Source: Eledone cirrhosa (taxonomy: Eukaryota). Taken from it: 64,000 nt of DNA. Under the pieces are notes generated by a model, which saw nothing but the letters and a program-made list of their open reading frames with translations, made no database searches and was not told where the DNA came from. The position numbers and the translations under genes were made by a program. How positions within the stretch are numbered: the stretch's first letter is position 1; every line of letters begins with the position of its first letter. Below, piece after piece: positions 25,900 through 39,371 of this stretch. The stretch is taken from the NCBI GenBank assembly GCA_964016885.1, contig OZ024741.1, positions 219,604,001 to 219,668,000 of the forward strand, written 5' to 3'.

Positions 25900-28800
25900 A
25901 CAGTCAACGCGATCAGTCGCATATTTTGGCGTGGGAGACTATTTATTACATTTAAGATGAATACTATCTCCGACAGTAATGCCACAATTACAGTCATGTT
26001 GAATAACAGGTTATTCTTCTAACTATATCTTCTGAAGACACTTTTTATTCGAATTCGTAGAGATATCAGACTAAATACATAATTCATTTTACAAGGATTT
26101 GCTACAAACAGCATGGCTGAACACAACATCAACAACAAAATTAAGGAAGTATCGGAGACAAACAACAAGAAAGGTAAACAAACGTTATTCAGTTGTAGCT
26201 ACAGAAAAAACCGAAATTATAAATCGCATTTCTCTTGGAGTTGCGAACTTAATAATGATTTATTTAATTGTTATAAAATGGAAAAAACAATCCCTCCATT
26301 GGCTATATGAATAGAATGAAGCTACACTGGGACGAAATGCACCGAGAGCTAAATTATTTCACAGCGAAACAATTACGCCAACAAGCGACGTTTGTTGAAC
26401 GTAAAAATAAGGTAAATAGTATTAATTGTAAGTCCCCCACAACAAACATGGGATCAACAACACGTGCAACAGGTCTCCATGCTACTAGATTTCCTAGCAG
26501 CCAAGTCGAACAGCGCCTTGAAACAACTATGCCTGTAAGAAACTTGACACCACCTGTACCATCTAAGTCTACTTCGAATGCTGGGGAAAACGCTATCGAT
26601 AATAATAATAATCGAAGAAATTTGACACCACGTGTACCATCCGAGTCTACCTCTGGAAAATACTATCGATAATGATAATAATCAAAAGTATAAACAATTG
26701 AAAATTTCCTCAACGAAATCTTCCAGAGAGAAATTAATTCCTGTATAAATTTCTCTCTTGCTGAACGTATTAAAACGACAATGTTTAATAAAAAACCAAA
26801 TAATGAAATATTATGTGTTATTGACGAAATAGGGGATGAATATTTACGACGGATAAAAACCCCAACATTTTGGCAAATCAATGCCTGTTTATATGCCTTA
26901 GCAACGACAGTGAAGCATTATCTTGGTGATAGAAGAGATATTAACAAGATTATAACACCACCAAAAATGCCATCATATATAACTAAAATAGAAAAAAAGA
27001 TTGCTGACATACGAAAAACCATACTATATGTGACAACTTACATGCAAACAAACACAAAAAACCTCACTCCTCACCAACAAAGAGTGAAAAATAAAATAGA
27101 GACGATGTTTGGTAACAGTAGAACCAGAACTCTCCAATATAAGCTATTCACCCTCAAACAAGAATTGAGAGCTGTTAGCGAAAAACGCTGATACCTGAAG
27201 AAGGTAGATGAGAGAAAAGTGCTTAATAAAAGATTCAGACGAAACCAAACATCAGTCTATAGAGATATGAAGAACAGAATAATAAGTGTCACTGAGGCTC
27301 CATCCCAGAAAGACATAGATTCCTTATGGAGCAAAATATGGGGTGAAAAGAAGAATTTCAACCAAGATGCAGTGTGGCTAAGAGAAATCTGAAAGAACTA
27401 TTGCTCCTACACTAGAACAAAAACATACGAAATAAGTGAGGGTACCCTTGAGACTGTGATAGGAAAACTCCAAGATAAGAAAACACCAGGAAGAGACATG
27501 ATTGTCGGCTACTGGTACAAAAAACTAATATTCTATCGGAGGTATCCTACTGACCTCTACCAACAAGTTCTTAAGGGAGATACACTTATACCAGAATGGT
27601 TCACATTAGCACAAACGTTACTGGTCCCCAAGAACAAAGACACCCACTTGGCAAAAAACTACCGACCCCATTGCATGCCAGAACCTGATGTATAAGATGT
27701 ATACAGCCTGCCTGAACCTATTCCTCTAAGATCACTGTGAAAATAATAACATCATCACAGATGAACAAGCAGCTGGAAAGAAAGGGGTTTGGGGATGTGC
27801 TGAACAACTCCTAATCAACAAAACTGCGATATCAGAGGTGCGACAACTTAGGAGGAATATGACTACAGTCTGGCTGGACTACAAGAAAGCTTTCGATTCC
27901 TTTCCCCATTCTTGGATGATAGAGGCCCTCCAATTTGCTAAAGTCCCAGACATTATTGTCAGAGCCATAGAGAGGCTGTCTTCTTCTTGGGCTACTATCC
28001 TAAGTGTAGGAGCCCGTCTCTCGAGCAAGTCTATCTGCATAAAACAGATAAGATCATGAGAGTTGGGAAGGAACACCTTGAGAGGTATTCCCTGTATGAT
28101 AATCAAAAACTCACACCCAGGGAAGTCGCTCAGCAGTATCGCAGTGAATCCATGGATGAAAAACTGCATGCTTATCAGCAAAAAATCATGCATGGATATG
28201 TTGCCAGGAAGCTCCAGAGTGAGAGTAATATAGATAAGGAAAGTAGTCTACTTTGGACCAACAACCGCTATATTGGCTCCCAATTTGAAGGATACGCTTT
28301 TGCAATCCAAGAACAGGAGATTAACACGAAATACTTGATTCACAAAAGAGATAGGGATGCAGGCAAAACACCTAGATGTGGTAACAAGTGCAGACTCTGC
28401 AGAACTAACATTGAGGATATCACCCATGTCATCAGCAGCTGTCCAAAGATGTCATTGCGGTACTATTTACCTATGAGGCATGATGTAGTGGCCAAAACAC
28501 TGTACAATGCAGTTCGTAAAAAAGATAGCCCCGATAATAAACACATTAAAAGCTACAACAATGTGGAAGACCTCCATGTACATAATATGAAAGAGTACTG
28601 GTGGAATGTTCCAGTAAAAACCCCAATAAAATGCAGGCATAACAGATCAGATATTATGATTTGGAACAGGGATAAGAAACGATCAACAGTAGTGGAAATT
28701 AGCTGCCCAACAGATGCCAATATAATATCAAAGATTAGCGAAAAGCAGAATATTTATGCAAAACTGATGAGAAATCTGCAGATACTCCACCATGATTATA

Positions 28801-29210
28801 CCTTCAGATTTATGCCTGTGATTATTGGGGCACTGGGGTATGTTAGTAACTGCCTCAATACAAATCTTAAGAAGCTAAGCTTCACAGGAACAGAAAGAAC
28901 ACAACTAGTTAGGAAATTACAAGTATTAATGGAACAGTAAAAATATGTAAAACATTCCAAAAATGTTATATCTAATAACTGCATATACTCATGTACAGAT
29001 ACAAAGCATATACACATGCATACATACAACTCAAAACATCCACATCCACACATACAATAACATCCATATCTACACATGCATGCATACATAATCTACCTAG
29101 TTGATGTGTAAATTCCAATGAGAGAGTCTTGTGTCTATGTTAGAAACCGACTCTCTCTCTATTGGGAAAACATTTGTGAAATTATAAAACCAGAAGAACA
29201 TACATACATA
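25900..29210 (+). mobile_element. RLE-type (R4/Dong/HERO-like) LINE with internal RT deletion
   Basis: N-terminal ORF pieces, RT start (KNYRP, WLDYKKAFDS), a jump near 28010 to CRLC...H...C, RHD and SDI...VVEISCP nuclease motifs. (CATA)n on both flanks. Confidence 0.85.
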
Positions 29211-29426
29211 CATAATACATATATACATATATACATATATACATACATATATACCTACATACATGATGGCTTCCCCCTTGTTATTGAGTATGGCCATTGC
29301 ACGAGAAAAAAACCCCCATAATAATAACAATAATAATAATAACAACAACAATAATAATATACATATATATATACACACACGCACACACACATAAACATAT
29401 CTACACACACACACACACGATAGCAA

Positions 29427-30360
29427 TTAACAGCGCTGTGATCGACTGTGGCTTTTTAGCCCAGCCAATGATCTAAAATATCTTGCACAGAGTTGGCAAC
29501 CAAAACATTCACTGGGAATAGCCGCCTGTGGTTGGAGTTCATGTACTTTTGCATATCGTTTGAGCCATCCTGCTGATTTACCTTCTCTATCACATGCTTG
29601 GCAAGCATGATGAGTAGCATCTCCAACAGCAGCCTGGTAGTCAACGACTGGTCTTACTTTATGACTGCGAAGATGACTTTCGAGTCCAGCTTTGCTTAGG
29701 TAGAGTCTCGCACAGACGCTGCATGTCAGCACCATAGGAGGACATTTGCCATCTGGAAATGCAACAGCAATGCCCTTCCTCACATACCACTTTACTTTCT
29801 CGTATGCAATTCGAGATGCCTCAAAGGCAACTTTTCCCTCATATACAGTCTTTCTCCATTTATTACGATCAGCAGCAATATTTTCCCATGTATCAGCAGA
29901 GATGTTAGCATCTTTCAAAGAGGCTTTCAAGGAGTCCTTATACCTCTTTTTTGGTGTATGTGGCAGTCGTTTTCCTTTAACCAACTCTCCATAAATGAGT
30001 TGTTTTGGTATTCTAGAATCCTTTATCCTGGCAAGGTGACCACTCCAACAGAGTCGTTGCTTAAGCACAAGAGCTTATATACTGTCACACAGAGAGCTTT
30101 CCAAAATCTCGATATCACTGATGTGATCCCTCCAGTGAATGCCATGGATCCGTCTGAGACACATCTGATGGAAACGTTCCAATTGCTTAAGGTGGTGTTG
30201 ATATGTGACCCAGGTCTCGCAGGCATAAAAAAGAGAAGAGAGCACACATGCCTTGTACACCTTTACCTTTGTCTTCTTGCATATGTCTCGCCGACCCCAG
30301 AGTCGCCTTTCTAGCTTTCCGAAAGCATCACTTGCTTTCCTAATCCTGAGTGGGATTTCA
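29427..30360 (-). mobile_element. RTE/BovB-like LINE 3' part with three C-terminal C2H2-like fingers
   Basis: LFYACETW, RLCWSGHL.RIKDSRIPKQLIYGEL, AADRNKWR, then CSVC..SHLRSH, CQAC..VH and CQLC..SH. Confidence 0.8.
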
Positions 30361-30377
30361 TTACATACATACATACA

Positions 30378-30947
30378 AACATGGTGGCTGCCAACTCGTT
30401 TTCGAGTACGGCCACTACTTTATATCCATGTAGGAGAACCCCTACCGATGCGCTGAACGAGTGTGACCCCCCAGTCCAGCCAGCGACTTGAAAACTCTGG
30501 TGCAAACACTACACTTGTGACAATTATTGACACATAGTGCTGGGCCCATGGTACCATGTGACGACAAGTGCAGAGAGATCTCCAGATATAAAGCAATGCC
30601 TGTGCCGTGAAGCTTTTATAGTGAGCAAAGGCACTGCACAAAGCCAGTCCCACTCTCTTAACCAAGATGATATTTACCAAAAAGAAGAACATGTCAACAT
30701 CATTGGATACCATCAGAGTTGCAGGTGTTATATCAGAGTTTTCCTTCTCCTAGAATTCTGCCTTGACAAAGGCTAAGGGGTCATCTCTCCCGGTGATTTT
30801 GGATGGCCATTGACTCTTAAGAGCGCCTTTGCCCTTTGACAGGCTTTGTTTTTAGTCCTGCAGGATGTCCAAAGTCACCCTCCTCACCAAGAAACCTTGG
30901 TGGGGTTGCCAGTTTAGTCGCCAGCGACCCGACCATGAGACAGGTTG
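30378..30947 (-). mobile_element. RTE-type 5' UTR-like segment between (CATA)n runs
   Basis: Contains CTAGGAGAAGGAAAACTCTGA, which I recognise from RTE-type 5' UTRs. Non-coding. Confidence 0.4.
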
Positions 30948-31074
30948 TACATACATACATACATACATACATACATACATACATACATACATACATGGAT
31001 AATAGGTTGTATATAGATACATACATACATGCATAATACATACGTAATAGATACATACATATGAAGTATATGTA

Positions 31075-32425
31075 ATTGGCCAGAAATACAAATCTAGCAC
31101 AGCTTCTTTGTGGATGACCTGAAACTTTATGCTAATAATATAAATGGTTGAAGAATAACCTTGACCTGATTACAACATTCTTGATAGATATAAGAATTGA
31201 GTTTGACCTGGATAAATGTTCCTATATTATTGTAAAGTGAGGAAAAACTACAAACCAGTCTAACAACATCTCTATCAATGGCCTGTCTGTTTCATCAATA
31301 TCTGACGAGACCTGCTACAGATAATTAGGGATAGATGACAGTATATCCTATTATGGTATTTGTAACAAGAAACGAGTAACTAGGGAATATAATGTCTGAA
31401 TAAGAAAAATATGGTCTTCTGAACTCTCTGCAGACAATAAATCAGTGTCCCACAATGTGTTTAGTGTGTCTGTGCTGACACCAGCATTTGGACTACTTGA
31501 CTGGATGCTAGATGAGATCTGAGCTATTCATATTAAAACCTGAAAAGTTCTAACCAACACCTGAAATTTCCACATCAACAGTGATATAGACTGCCTCTAT
31601 CTGAAATGTAAACAAGGAGGCAGAGGTTTAGCATCAATCTAAACAGCATTTCAGTGTCACATCATATTCCTCCGATGAGATCTACAAACCACCAATTGTA
31701 AGAGCTGGTCTATAGAACAAATCTGTCTACATGAGGCAGATAACATCATGGGAGTTGGAAAGAGCTTCTTGACAAATACTCCTTGAATGATAATCAAAAA
31801 CCCACACCCAGAGAAATTGAACAGCAATACTACAATGAATCCATGGATGAAAAGCTGCATGCTTATCAGCAAAAATTCATGCATGGCTATGTTATCAGAA
31901 AGCTTGAAAATTAGAGTAGTATAGATAAGCAAATAGTATATCTTGGACCAACAACTGGTATATTGGTTCCCACTTTTAAGGATATGCTTTTGAAATCCAA
32001 GAACAGGAAATCAACACAAAATACCTGATTCACAAAAGAGATAAGGATGCAGGTAAAACACCTAGATGTGACACCAGGTACAGACTCTGCTGTATAAATA
32101 TCAAAGATGTCACCCATGTCATAAGCAGCTGTCCAAAGATATCATCATGGTACTATCTACCTATGAGGCATGATGGAGTTGCCAAAACACTGTACAATGC
32201 AATCCATAGAAATGATAGTCCTGCAGATAGTTCACCTTGATTATACCTTTAGATTTCTACCTGTGATAATTTGTGATATGTTAGTAACTGCCTCAGTACA
32301 AATCTTGAGAAGCTGGGCTTCACAGAACCAGAAAGAGTGTAGGTCATTAAGAAGTTACAAGTACAGTCTGTTAATGAAACTGTAAAAATATGTAAAACAT
32401 TTCAGAAATTCAGCATGTAATAATT
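31075..32425 (+). mobile_element. Third degenerate RLE-type LINE copy
   Basis: FVDDLKL, KQGGRGL and YYLPMRHD, similar to 27987-28940. Confidence 0.8.
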
Positions 32426-33001
32426 GCATATACACATGTATACATACAGAAACATGAGTACACATATAACTGAAAACATCCACATCCACACATACAATTA
32501 CACACACACTCTCACACATACATGTGCATACATGCACAAATATACATACTTAAACACACATATACATACACACACATATATATATATATATACATACACA
32601 TACATATATATACATACACATATATATACTATATTATATATAAATATATAATATATATATACTTCGATTTTGCATCTGTTTTGCAAGATTCTTGATGTGA
32701 AATCGTGTGTTGAAACATTGTTATAGTCTGGGAGGGCCATACTGCCAGTAAAAACATATGCACCAGTTGCTTTTTTTCTGATTAAAGTAACTAAGGATGA
32801 TATATTGGCAGTATTGGTAGAGCATCGGACACTATGCTTTGTAGCATAGACTTACATCCCTTTAAATTCTTAGTTCAAATCCCTTTTATCCTTATGGGAT
32901 TGATAAAATAAAGTACCAGTAATGCACTGGGTCGATTTAATCAACTTTCCCCTCCCTCAAAAATTGTTGGCCTTGTGCCTAAATTTAAAACCATTATTAG
33001 T

Positions 33002-33343
33002 TAAGTAACTAATCCATTAATTGTTAAGATCTTCTCAATCAATGATAATTTTTGTTCCTAAGTAACTAATCCATTAATTGTTAAGATCTTCTCAATCAAT
33101 GATAATTTTTGTTCCTAAGTAACTAATCCATTAATTGTTAAGATCTTCTCAATCAATGATAATTTTTGTTCCTAAGTAACTAATCCATTAATTGTTAAGA
33201 TCTTCTCAATCAATGATAATTTTTGTTCCTAAGTAACTAATCCATTAATTGTTAAGATCTTCTCAATCAATGATAATTTTTGTTCCTAAGTAACTAATCC
33301 ATTAATTGTTAAGATCTTCTCAATCAATGATAATTTTTGTTCC
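33002..33343. repeat. 57-bp tandem repeat, six copies
   Basis: TAAGTAACTAATCCATTAATTGTTAAGATCTTCTCAATCAATGATAATTTTTGTTCC repeated head to tail with no spacers. Confidence 0.95.
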
Positions 33344-33775
33344 TCTGTGATTCTTCTTTACTTTATAAGAAGCTTAATACATATGTTAGGGTATTTGTAT
33401 TTGAAATGATAAAAAAGTGAACAGATTTTACGGGCAAAGCCAACTGGCAGCAGAGCCGGTGGCATGATGGTTGGAGGAGGAGGAGAAGAAGGAGGAAGAG
33501 GAGGAGACGACGAAGAAGAAGACGAAGAAGAAGGTGAAGAAGAATAAGAAGGTGAAGAAGAAGAAGAAGAAGGCGAAGAATAAGAAGAAGATGGCGAATA
33601 AGCTGAATAAGAAGGAGGAAGAGGTGGAGGAGTATAAGAACAACAACAACATGAAGGAGAAGAAAGGGAAGAAGGAGGAGTAGAAGTGTAAGAAGAAGAA
33701 GAAGGTGAAGAAGAAGAAGGAGTAGAAGAATAATAATAATAAGAAGAAGCTAGTAACAGCTATTATTTTACTTAC

Positions 33776-33975
33776 GTGCATAAAATGACATTAAGAGCAA
33801 GCATTAATGAGTAAATTTTCCTTTTTTTGTCACTTTGGTCTTTCTGAATTCGTTTTCCACCACACCTATCACAACATCGGCAACAAGAAAAACAAAGTCC
33901 AACCAAGAGAAAAATAAATACGAAAAGAAATCCAATAACCACAGCTATAACAAATCCAATGCTGTCTATAACTAC
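33776..33975 (-). CDS. Prominin-like protein, coding exon 3 (TM1, Cys-rich loop, start of TM2)
   Basis: VVIDSIGFVIAVVIGFLFVFIFLLVGLCFSCCRCCDRCGGKRIQKDQSDKKRKIYSLMLALNVILC. TM followed by CCRCCxxCGG is the prominin signature. AG/GTAAG borders, 200 nt, phase 0 to 2. Absent from the ORF track. Confidence 0.9.
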
Positions 33976-33985
33976 CTAGAATTAG

Positions 33986-34017
<32 letters not shown>

Positions 34018-34059
34018 GCCCCAACATGGCATCAGCCGGAGGCTGGGACAGGTAAAAGA

Positions 34060-34132
<73 letters not shown>

Positions 34133-34534
34133 GTATATCTACCAACATATGTATACAGATGCATACCTATGCTAGCAAATATATATGTTTTGTCTTAGTA
34201 ACTTTGTGGTTAATAGCACCCCACTCCTCACTGATTAACCTCAGTGTCACGTGATTGATTCTTTTGAATTTGCCACTTGACCAAGTAGGCAGTGAATTTT
34301 TCAATGTCTTGGAATCTAATCCCCGCTCGCTTTTTTCCATCCACTGAATTATTTGTATATAAGTTCCCAGTGTCCTCGCATTGCCTGGAAGCTTAGCTGA
34401 GAATAGACTCCCTGATGACGTAAAGTTTCTCTGTGGATACGCTCCGTAACCATATTTATCCCCTTACAGAAACTAATTAGTTGGAGTGAAATTTTAGTAA
34501 GTAAGTAAATTTTCATAACTTTCTTATTTACGTC

Positions 34535-34586
<52 letters not shown>

Positions 34587-34661
34587 TCATCATCGTTTAA
34601 CGTCCATTTTCAATGTTAGCATAGGTTAGAGAACCCACCAATACCCCCCAACACACACACC

Positions 34662-34711
<50 letters not shown>

Positions 34712-34763
34712 TATATATATATGTATATACACACACGCACATATATATTATATATATATATAT

Positions 34764-35154
34764 ATAAATTAATAAAAACAATGAATAAAAACAAAGAAAC
34801 AGTTCCTTATATTAAAAAATTCATCATTTTACGATCGTTTCTGGGATATATATGTGTGTGTGTTGGTATGTATATCATATAGATCTATGTAAAAATTTTA
34901 CAAACTATCAGAGGGAATATACATACCTACACATATATATGCTGTCTTCAGAAATAATCATTATTTCTGAAGACAGCATATATATGTGTAGGTATGTATA
35001 TTCCCTCTGATAGTTTGTAAAATTTTTACATAGATCTATATGATATACATACCAACACACACACATATATATCCCAGAAACGATCGTAAAATGATGAATT
35101 TTTTAATATAAGGAACTGTTTCTTTGTTTTTATTCATTGTTTTTATTAATTTAT
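34764..35154. repeat. 195-bp-arm palindrome (PLE pseudo-LTR fold-back) centred on 34959
   Basis: Arms are reverse complements with a 1-nt spacer, inside (TA)n. Confidence 0.9.
34960..35095 (+). ncRNA. Type-I hammerhead ribozyme motif with ~103-nt stem II
   Basis: ATTATTT-CTGAAGA-long hairpin-GAAA-CGATC-GTA-AAATGAT. Stem I pairs and stem III is palindromic (ACGATCGT). Confidence 0.7.
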
Positions 35155-35390
35155 CTTGACTCTGTATTCCTGTGATTTTCATCGATAACATTTTTGAATA
35201 CATCTTCTCTTTTCATGATATTTGGATTACATTGAGATCTTCATACGGATTGGACACTACCGTATATTTTGGTAGATTTATCTACATATATATGGTGTTT
35301 CAGTACGTTTTCATCAGATAAAATATAAGATTTGATATGCGACATACCGCTACGGTTTTGATTATTCAATTCCAATTTATTAATATTTTG

Positions 35391-35430
<40 letters not shown>

Positions 35431-36164
35431 CGAAGGAAATGTGGTAAGGAACCAGGTGGACCATAACGCACCAAAGTACTCAATACTTGGGGTAGTAGAG
35501 TGGGTAATAGGAACCAGTAAGACCCCGACAGCTGAGCTCAAGCCGTTTCGACGGCTAATTCTGGACTAAATGAACATTTATCCTGGTATTTAAATAGCCG
35601 ATCTTCTCAAGGGGTAATTCCATATATGGTCAAAGTGATTGTCAAAAATCAGTAGTAATTCTGTGGTTGCAAATTAGTAGGGGAGATGGTGGCTAAACCT
35701 GCCAGTAGGAGAAAGAGGGGAGGGGGTGGAGTAGACCATGTGTGTGTGTGTGTGTGTGTAAAAGGTAAACAGAAATAACAACAAAATCGGTACAGTATAT
35801 GGAAGGTATGTATTAGGTTAACGCTTGATATAGCAGGAAGAGGGACTTAATGTTTCGCACGCTAGTCCTTCATTAGAAGAAAGAATGAGAAATAAAATAG
35901 ATTGAGAGGACGGGCGGGATGGAATTGGAAAAAATGTCTTTAGATAAAAATAACAGGTCCATTCATGTTGACATTATAGTGGATTGGCAGTATCGGTAGA
36001 GGGTCGGACGCCTTCGCCGCAAAGAGTTACGGCCCTTTATGGTCTGAGTTAAAATCGCGCCAAGGTTAACTTTGCCTTTCATCCTTACGGGGCTGATAAA
36101 ATAAAGTACACTGGAATAATTGCTGGCCTTGTGCCAAAAATAGAAACAATTATATATATATATA

Positions 36165-36427
36165 ACGGTGATGAATCTGTTTTGCTAGGTTTTTGATATG
36201 AAATCGTGTGTCGAAACAAATATTGTTATACTTGGGGACGGTCATGTTGTAATATTATTGCCAGAAATAAGAACAGACTCACTGTTTGATTGGTTTTCGC
36301 TTCTGCCTCTTTTTTTTTAATGGAAATTTAAAAGATGCAGAAGCGAAAACCAACCAAACAGTAAGTGTGTTCTGTTATTATTTCTGGCAATAATATTACA
36401 ACAATATGATCCTCCCCAAGTATAACA

Positions 36428-36430
<3 letters not shown>
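36165..36430. mobile_element. Fold-back of another (TA)n-associated repeat family (copies at 32665-32770, 56335-56465, 63820-63940)
   Basis: Inverted arms sharing TTGTTATACTTGGGGA...GGTTTTCGCTTCTGC, with a GAAAC-AAATATT-GTT half-motif. Confidence 0.65.
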
Positions 36431-36509
<79 letters not shown>

Positions 36510-36510
<1 letters not shown>

Positions 36511-37663
36511 CTCTCTCTATATAAAACAGAGGATGTCTGTCTATGTGTGTGTGTAAATCCCTAAAACTCGAGAAGTACCCGACCCATTTTTTTCAAACTT
36601 TACACACGCGTTACTTATATTTTTTGAAGTGCAGTGGGCTGAAAACATTTTAACTTCTTCTGCTCTATGGTCCGTGTTAAGCAAAAAACCACATTTAAAA
36701 GGCATTTTTAGGCTTTTTTGAGGCGTAACTTAAAGATAATCCAGCCGATTTCCTCGAATTTTGCAGCACACATTAGTTAGTCGCCTCGCATTGCTGTGGA
36801 CAAAAAAAAAATTTCCGATTCCATTAATGGTTTGAAGGAAATTTACAAATTAATATTGGGCATTACATGCCATTTTCATTTTCAATATAAACGCTACTTA
36901 AACATCGTAAGTAGCGTATACTATTTCGGTAAAAGTTTGGTTTATTTAACAGAGGACACAACACTTACTTACTTTTAAGCAGGACCATTTTCGGGGGATT
37001 GAGGAAAATAAAGAGGACCTTAAAATATTTTTCAGCGCCCTGTTGACGCTTCGTGCTTTCATCACGCGCAAATCCGGGTCCTGTGTACGTTGCCGTATTA
37101 TTGACACCGTAAAACTTACGTCTGTGCTACCCTTTAGTTGCACCTACATCGCAAGTACGCTGAACAGCGGTGGTGCTATTTCTGCGGTGACCCTTTTTGT
37201 CGCACATTTGTTGCTGTGTAAACGCAGTGCAACAAGTGCTGCCCAGCCTTTGTGCTACTTGCACTATGACGCTCTTCTGCTGCAGCTGCGTTGCCACGCT
37301 GATTTCTTCATCTCAATATCCCTACTTAAACGTACATCCCTACTTGGTTTTCACATAATTGACTACGTCGCTCCTTCAGACTATGTGTTTCCCCATCCGT
37401 GACGTAATTCGTGAACAGACTTACGTCATACACCGCCCCACAACACTTACTTACTCCTTTCGCATACAGGATTTCCGCAATCTGCCCACTGACACTGTAA
37501 CTATTGGATTCGGCCTGCTGGTGTTCTACGTTTCCAGTAAATGAACAATCATTCCCTGAGAATGAGGGAATTCAAAAAGTACACAGCTGCTTTCCTCAAT
37601 CTTTGCATATGCGTGTTGCTATTTCAGGTTTCCTACCCTGTGCAACGCCGGGTCCTGCTGGTA

Positions 37664-37664
<1 letters not shown>
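36510..37664 (+). mobile_element. Non-autonomous Helitron-like element
   Basis: 5' TCTCTCTCTATATAAAAC. 3' GC-rich hairpin CCCTGTGCAACGCCGGG followed by CTGGTAG|T, a degenerate CTRR end. No TSD. Confidence 0.55.
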
Positions 37665-37694
<30 letters not shown>

Positions 37695-37698
<4 letters not shown>

Positions 37699-39175
37699 TC
37701 ATCGCACATTGCCGGAAAACTCTCCTTTTCATCAACGGAGTAGCCTGGACGACAAAGAAGTCAATTACTTCAGAACTATTCGACGTCTCCATGGGATCAT
37801 TCGATAGTGCTGACGTATGCGACTTGGTTGGCTTATTTATTTTATCTTCCACACGAGATTATACCACGACGATGGCCTGACCCTATCAAGCCATAAAAGG
37901 GGTTACGACCTGGACCGGTTTTAAAAAGATTTAATTTCTACTTTTAATGAGTTAGGACTTAGGATAACGGTAGCACACGGAAGCTACACTAGTAAGGTTA
38001 ATCTTCGCACACACACCTTTAGACCCTTCCATAAACCAAATGGAAAACTTAATTACATACACAAGGACTCATGCCAGCCTCTTACAACTTTTAGAAACTT
38101 CGTGAATAATATCGGTACTAGAATCTCTAACCTCTCCTCTAATAAGGCAATCTTTGACACAGCGGCACCCTACTACAACGTGGCGTTAGTTAACAGCGGC
38201 TTCTCGCAACCAATTGGTTACTCCCCTGCTAACACCAACATCAATAAGATGAAAATTGATGAAAATCGTGCTAATAGAAAACAATTTGGTTCTCCTCCCC
38301 CTTCTCACTCAACGTTAAAACTAATGCAAGTAAAAGACTTTTAGCTCTCTTGGATAGACACTTCCCCATAGGTCACAAATACCGCTCCATCTTTAACAGA
38401 CACAGGGTGAAACTAGGGTACTCCTATGCTAAGAATATGAAGGCCCACATCACCAACAGCCCTAAGAGCAGCACCCCACCAGGATGCTCTCTGCCGAAAG
38501 CCTGAAGCTCGTCACCTTCAACAACAATGCAACACGACCCCTGTAATTTACGAAGCTGTGGTCACTTCCAACCGTCTTAATAAACAACAAGAGGTTAAAT
38601 CCTATGTAGGTGTGGTGGAGGGCCGGTTTAAGGAACGCTTCTGAACGATCAGTCAACCTTTAAATACTTGGACAAATGATCGTCCATGAAATTAGCGAGC
38701 CACGTATGGTCCTTCAAAGACTCAGACGTAGACTACTCCATCCAATGGAAAGCTATTACTAAGTCCAAACCATACGCAAGTGGAAATCCGTCTTGTGAAT
38801 TGTGCATTGAAGAAAGGATCAATATCCAGAGAAGATTACGTAATAACGATTGCCTAAATTCACGCAATGAACTTTTTAACGTTGTCCACACGTCTGGAAA
38901 CACCTATTACAAAATCACAAAGCTCCAGATTGACCAACATCAACAATCTATTATTCTGAATAACTTGAATAATTTATTCCGGATATCCACAGTTATCTCG
39001 CTTACATCGATCGATCGTGGGATTACCTCGCCCAGGAGAAGTGACCGTTGCTGCGCATGCGTATTCGTACGGTTGTTTTTTTCTTTTCCGTATAGCTTTA
39101 TTCACATCGAGCTGAAGAGCCGAATTAGGTGAAACATTTTTTCTCGGTATGGTGAACTAACTGTTGTGGAACTAC

Positions 39176-39178
<3 letters not shown>
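37695..39178 (+). mobile_element. Degenerate Penelope-like element (RT and GIY-YIG) ending in a hammerhead-bearing 3' region
   Basis: MGSFDSADVCDLVG, YHDDG, CELCIEER and LNSRNE, with frameshifts. CGAG-CTGAAGA-GCC..GGT-GAAAC..CTCG at 39108-39146. Confidence 0.85.
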
Positions 39179-39223
<45 letters not shown>

Positions 39224-39371
39224 CGAAGGAAATGTGGTAAGGAACCAGGTGGACCATAACGCACCAAAGTACTCAATACTTGAGGTAGTAGAGTGGGTAA
39301 TAGGAACCAGTAAGACCCCGACAGCTGAGCTCAAGCCGTTTCGACGGCTAATTCTGGACGCATATATATAT

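Noticed and set aside
33002-33343. CRISPR-like array
   Set aside because: Units are contiguous with no unique spacers, and the context is eukaryotic with no cas genes.
33471-33750. Lys/Glu-rich ORF
   Set aside because: It is a degenerate (GAA)n microsatellite in an intron.
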